Assembly: GCA_964446585.1 (NCBI GenBank)
Contig: CAYUPI010000005.1
Coordinates: forward strand, 12,593 to 76,592
Direction: 5' to 3'
Origin: an uncultured Verrucomicrobiota bacterium
GTDB lineage: Bacteria > Verrucomicrobiota > Verrucomicrobiia > Limisphaerales > UBA8199
DNA length: 64,000 bases
The notes under the pieces were generated by a model, which was not told the DNA's origin, ran no database searches, and saw nothing but the letters and a program-made list of their open reading frames with translations. The translations under genes were made by a program, and so were the position numbers. Shown here piece by piece: positions 62,911 through 64,000 of this stretch. Each line of letters opens with the position of its first letter. Position 1 is the first letter of the stretch.

Positions 62911-64000
62911 ATGCTGATGAGATTGCAACGCATGGCGGTCGCATTCGTGGTCGGAGCGCTCCTGACCGTGTACCTGGCGCCGGTTCCGTTGGCTGCGGCC
63001 ACCTGTGCTCGCGGCATAGTTGCTTCAGTCCACCTGCTTAGCACCGAAGCCGGACTGAATGTCCTCAAGCAGGGCGGCAACGCCATTGATGCCGCGGTGG
63101 CAGTGGCACTGACCCTCGGCGTGGTGGACTCGGAGAACTCGGGAATTGGCGGTGGTTGCCTAATGCTGATTCGGCTGGCAAACGGCCAGGTCGTGGCAAT
63201 CGACGGCCGGGAAACGGCGCCGGCGGCAGCGAGCCGCGACATGTTCGTGCGCAACGGCCAAGCCAAGACCGAGCTGAGCCAAACCGGCGCGCTGGCCAGC
63301 GGCGTACCGGGAGCGCTAGCGGCTTATGAGTTCGCGGTCCAACATTATGGAAGAAAGAAGCTCAAGGAACTAATCTTGCCAGCGGCCGAGATTGCGGAAA
63401 AAGGGTTCGTGCTGGATGCAGCTTACGCCCAGTGCCTCAAGTCAGTGGCTGAGGAGATGGGCCGCTTCGACGCCTCGCGCGCGGTATTCTTCAGAGACGG
63501 CCAGCCGCTGCTCAAGGACGACATTCTCAAGCAGCCCGACCTGGCGCGTACCTATCGTCGAATAGCGCAGGAGGGGAGCGATTGGTTTTACCGCGGCTTG
63601 TTTGCCAGGGCGACGGCCAAATGGATGGAGCAAAACGGCGGCCTGCTGACCGCGCTCGACTTCGCCAATTATCAGTGCAAGTTGCGGCAGCCGATCATCT
63701 CGACTTATCGCGGCTATAAACTACTGGGATTTCCACCGCCCAGTTCCGGCGGTCTTCACGTCGCTCAGATATTGAACATTCTGGAAACATTCGATCTAAG
63801 AGCACTCGACGAGGGGACGCGGTTGCACGTCATCGCCGAAGCCATGAAACTGGCGTTCGCGGACCGGGCGTACTGGCTGGGCGATTCGGACTTCGTGAAG
63901 GTACCGAGCGGATTGGCCGATAAGGGCTATGCCAGAACGCTCGCGGCCCGCATCAACAAGGCTCACGTGACCGAAGTCACCTCGCACGGTATTCCGCCGG
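62911..64000 (+). CDS. ggt: Gamma-glutamyltransferase, 3'-truncated by the window edge
   Basis: Absent from the ORF track because it is open at the edge. Manual translation from the ATG at 62911 gives MLMRLQRMAVAFVVGALLTVYLAPVPLAAATCARGIVASVHLLSTEAGLNVLKQGGNAIDAAVAVALTLGVVDSENSGIGGGCLMLIRLANGQVVAIDGRETAPAAA...GVPGALAAYEFAVQHYG...GFPPPSSGGLHVAQILNILE...EAMKLAFADRAYWLGDSDFVKVP. It is stop-free to position 64000. Confidence 0.9.
   Translation, partial: MLMRLQRMAVAFVVGALLTVYLAPVPLAAATCARGIVASVHLLSTEAGLNVLKQGGNAIDAAVAVALTLGVVDSENSGIGGGCLMLIRLANGQVVAIDGRETAPAAASRDMFVRNGQAKTELSQTGALASGVPGALAAYEFAVQHYGRKKLKELILPAAEIAEKGFVLDAAYAQCLKSVAEEMGRFDASRAVFFRDGQPLLKDDILKQPDLARTYRRIAQEGSDWFYRGLFARATAKWMEQNGGLLTALDFANYQCKLRQPIISTYRGYKLLGFPPPSSGGLHVAQILNILETFDLRALDEGTRLHVIAEAMKLAFADRAYWLGDSDFVKVPSGLADKGYARTLAARINKAHVTEVTSHGIPP

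Overview
This 64 kb window looks like chromosomal DNA from a GC-rich member of the PVC superphylum, most likely a Verrucomicrobiota-type genome. That call is an inference from gene content: a PSCyt/DUF1549/DUF1553 giant protein paired with DUF1501, a GloVer-repeat protein, an H-X9-DG prepilin-like protein, and many families of intergenic palindromic repeats. No database search or computed statistics were available.

I support about 40 protein-coding genes and found no rRNA, tRNA or CRISPR array. Both window edges carry truncated genes that are missing from the ORF track: a secreted protein on the minus strand at 1..1761 and a gamma-glutamyltransferase at 62911..64000. Many of the long ORFs in the track are Arg/Gly/Pro-rich antisense artefacts of real genes.

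Main content:
1. Sugar-modification and glycan genes: an RmlD-like reductase, a DegT aminotransferase, GH127, and an MFS sugar-phosphate permease.
2. A 1630-aa secreted repeat protein.
3. A PSCyt-WD40-DUF1549-DUF1553 protein paired with DUF1501.
4. A dispersed aryl-polyene/xanthomonadin-like type II FAS/PKS lipid cluster at about 22.5-48.6 kb. It contains an AMP-ligase, a hotdog dehydratase, a LolA-like protein, an MMPL-acyltransferase fusion, a lipoprotein, ACP, KR, a KS/CLF pair, two flavin-halogenase-like genes, a radical SAM enzyme and a GT2. A GldA/F/G-like ABC operon interrupts it.
5. Housekeeping genes: cimA-valS, cysteine synthase plus rhodanese, a DAACS symporter and ggt.
6. Mobile and repeat biology: two HUH/Y1 (RAYT-type) transposase genes each sitting next to a hairpin repeat family, a complete group II intron with an RT/maturase, and at least five other MITE/REP-like repeat families. 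Some of these repeats have invaded coding sequence (valS, a trpE-like remnant, and ORF termini).
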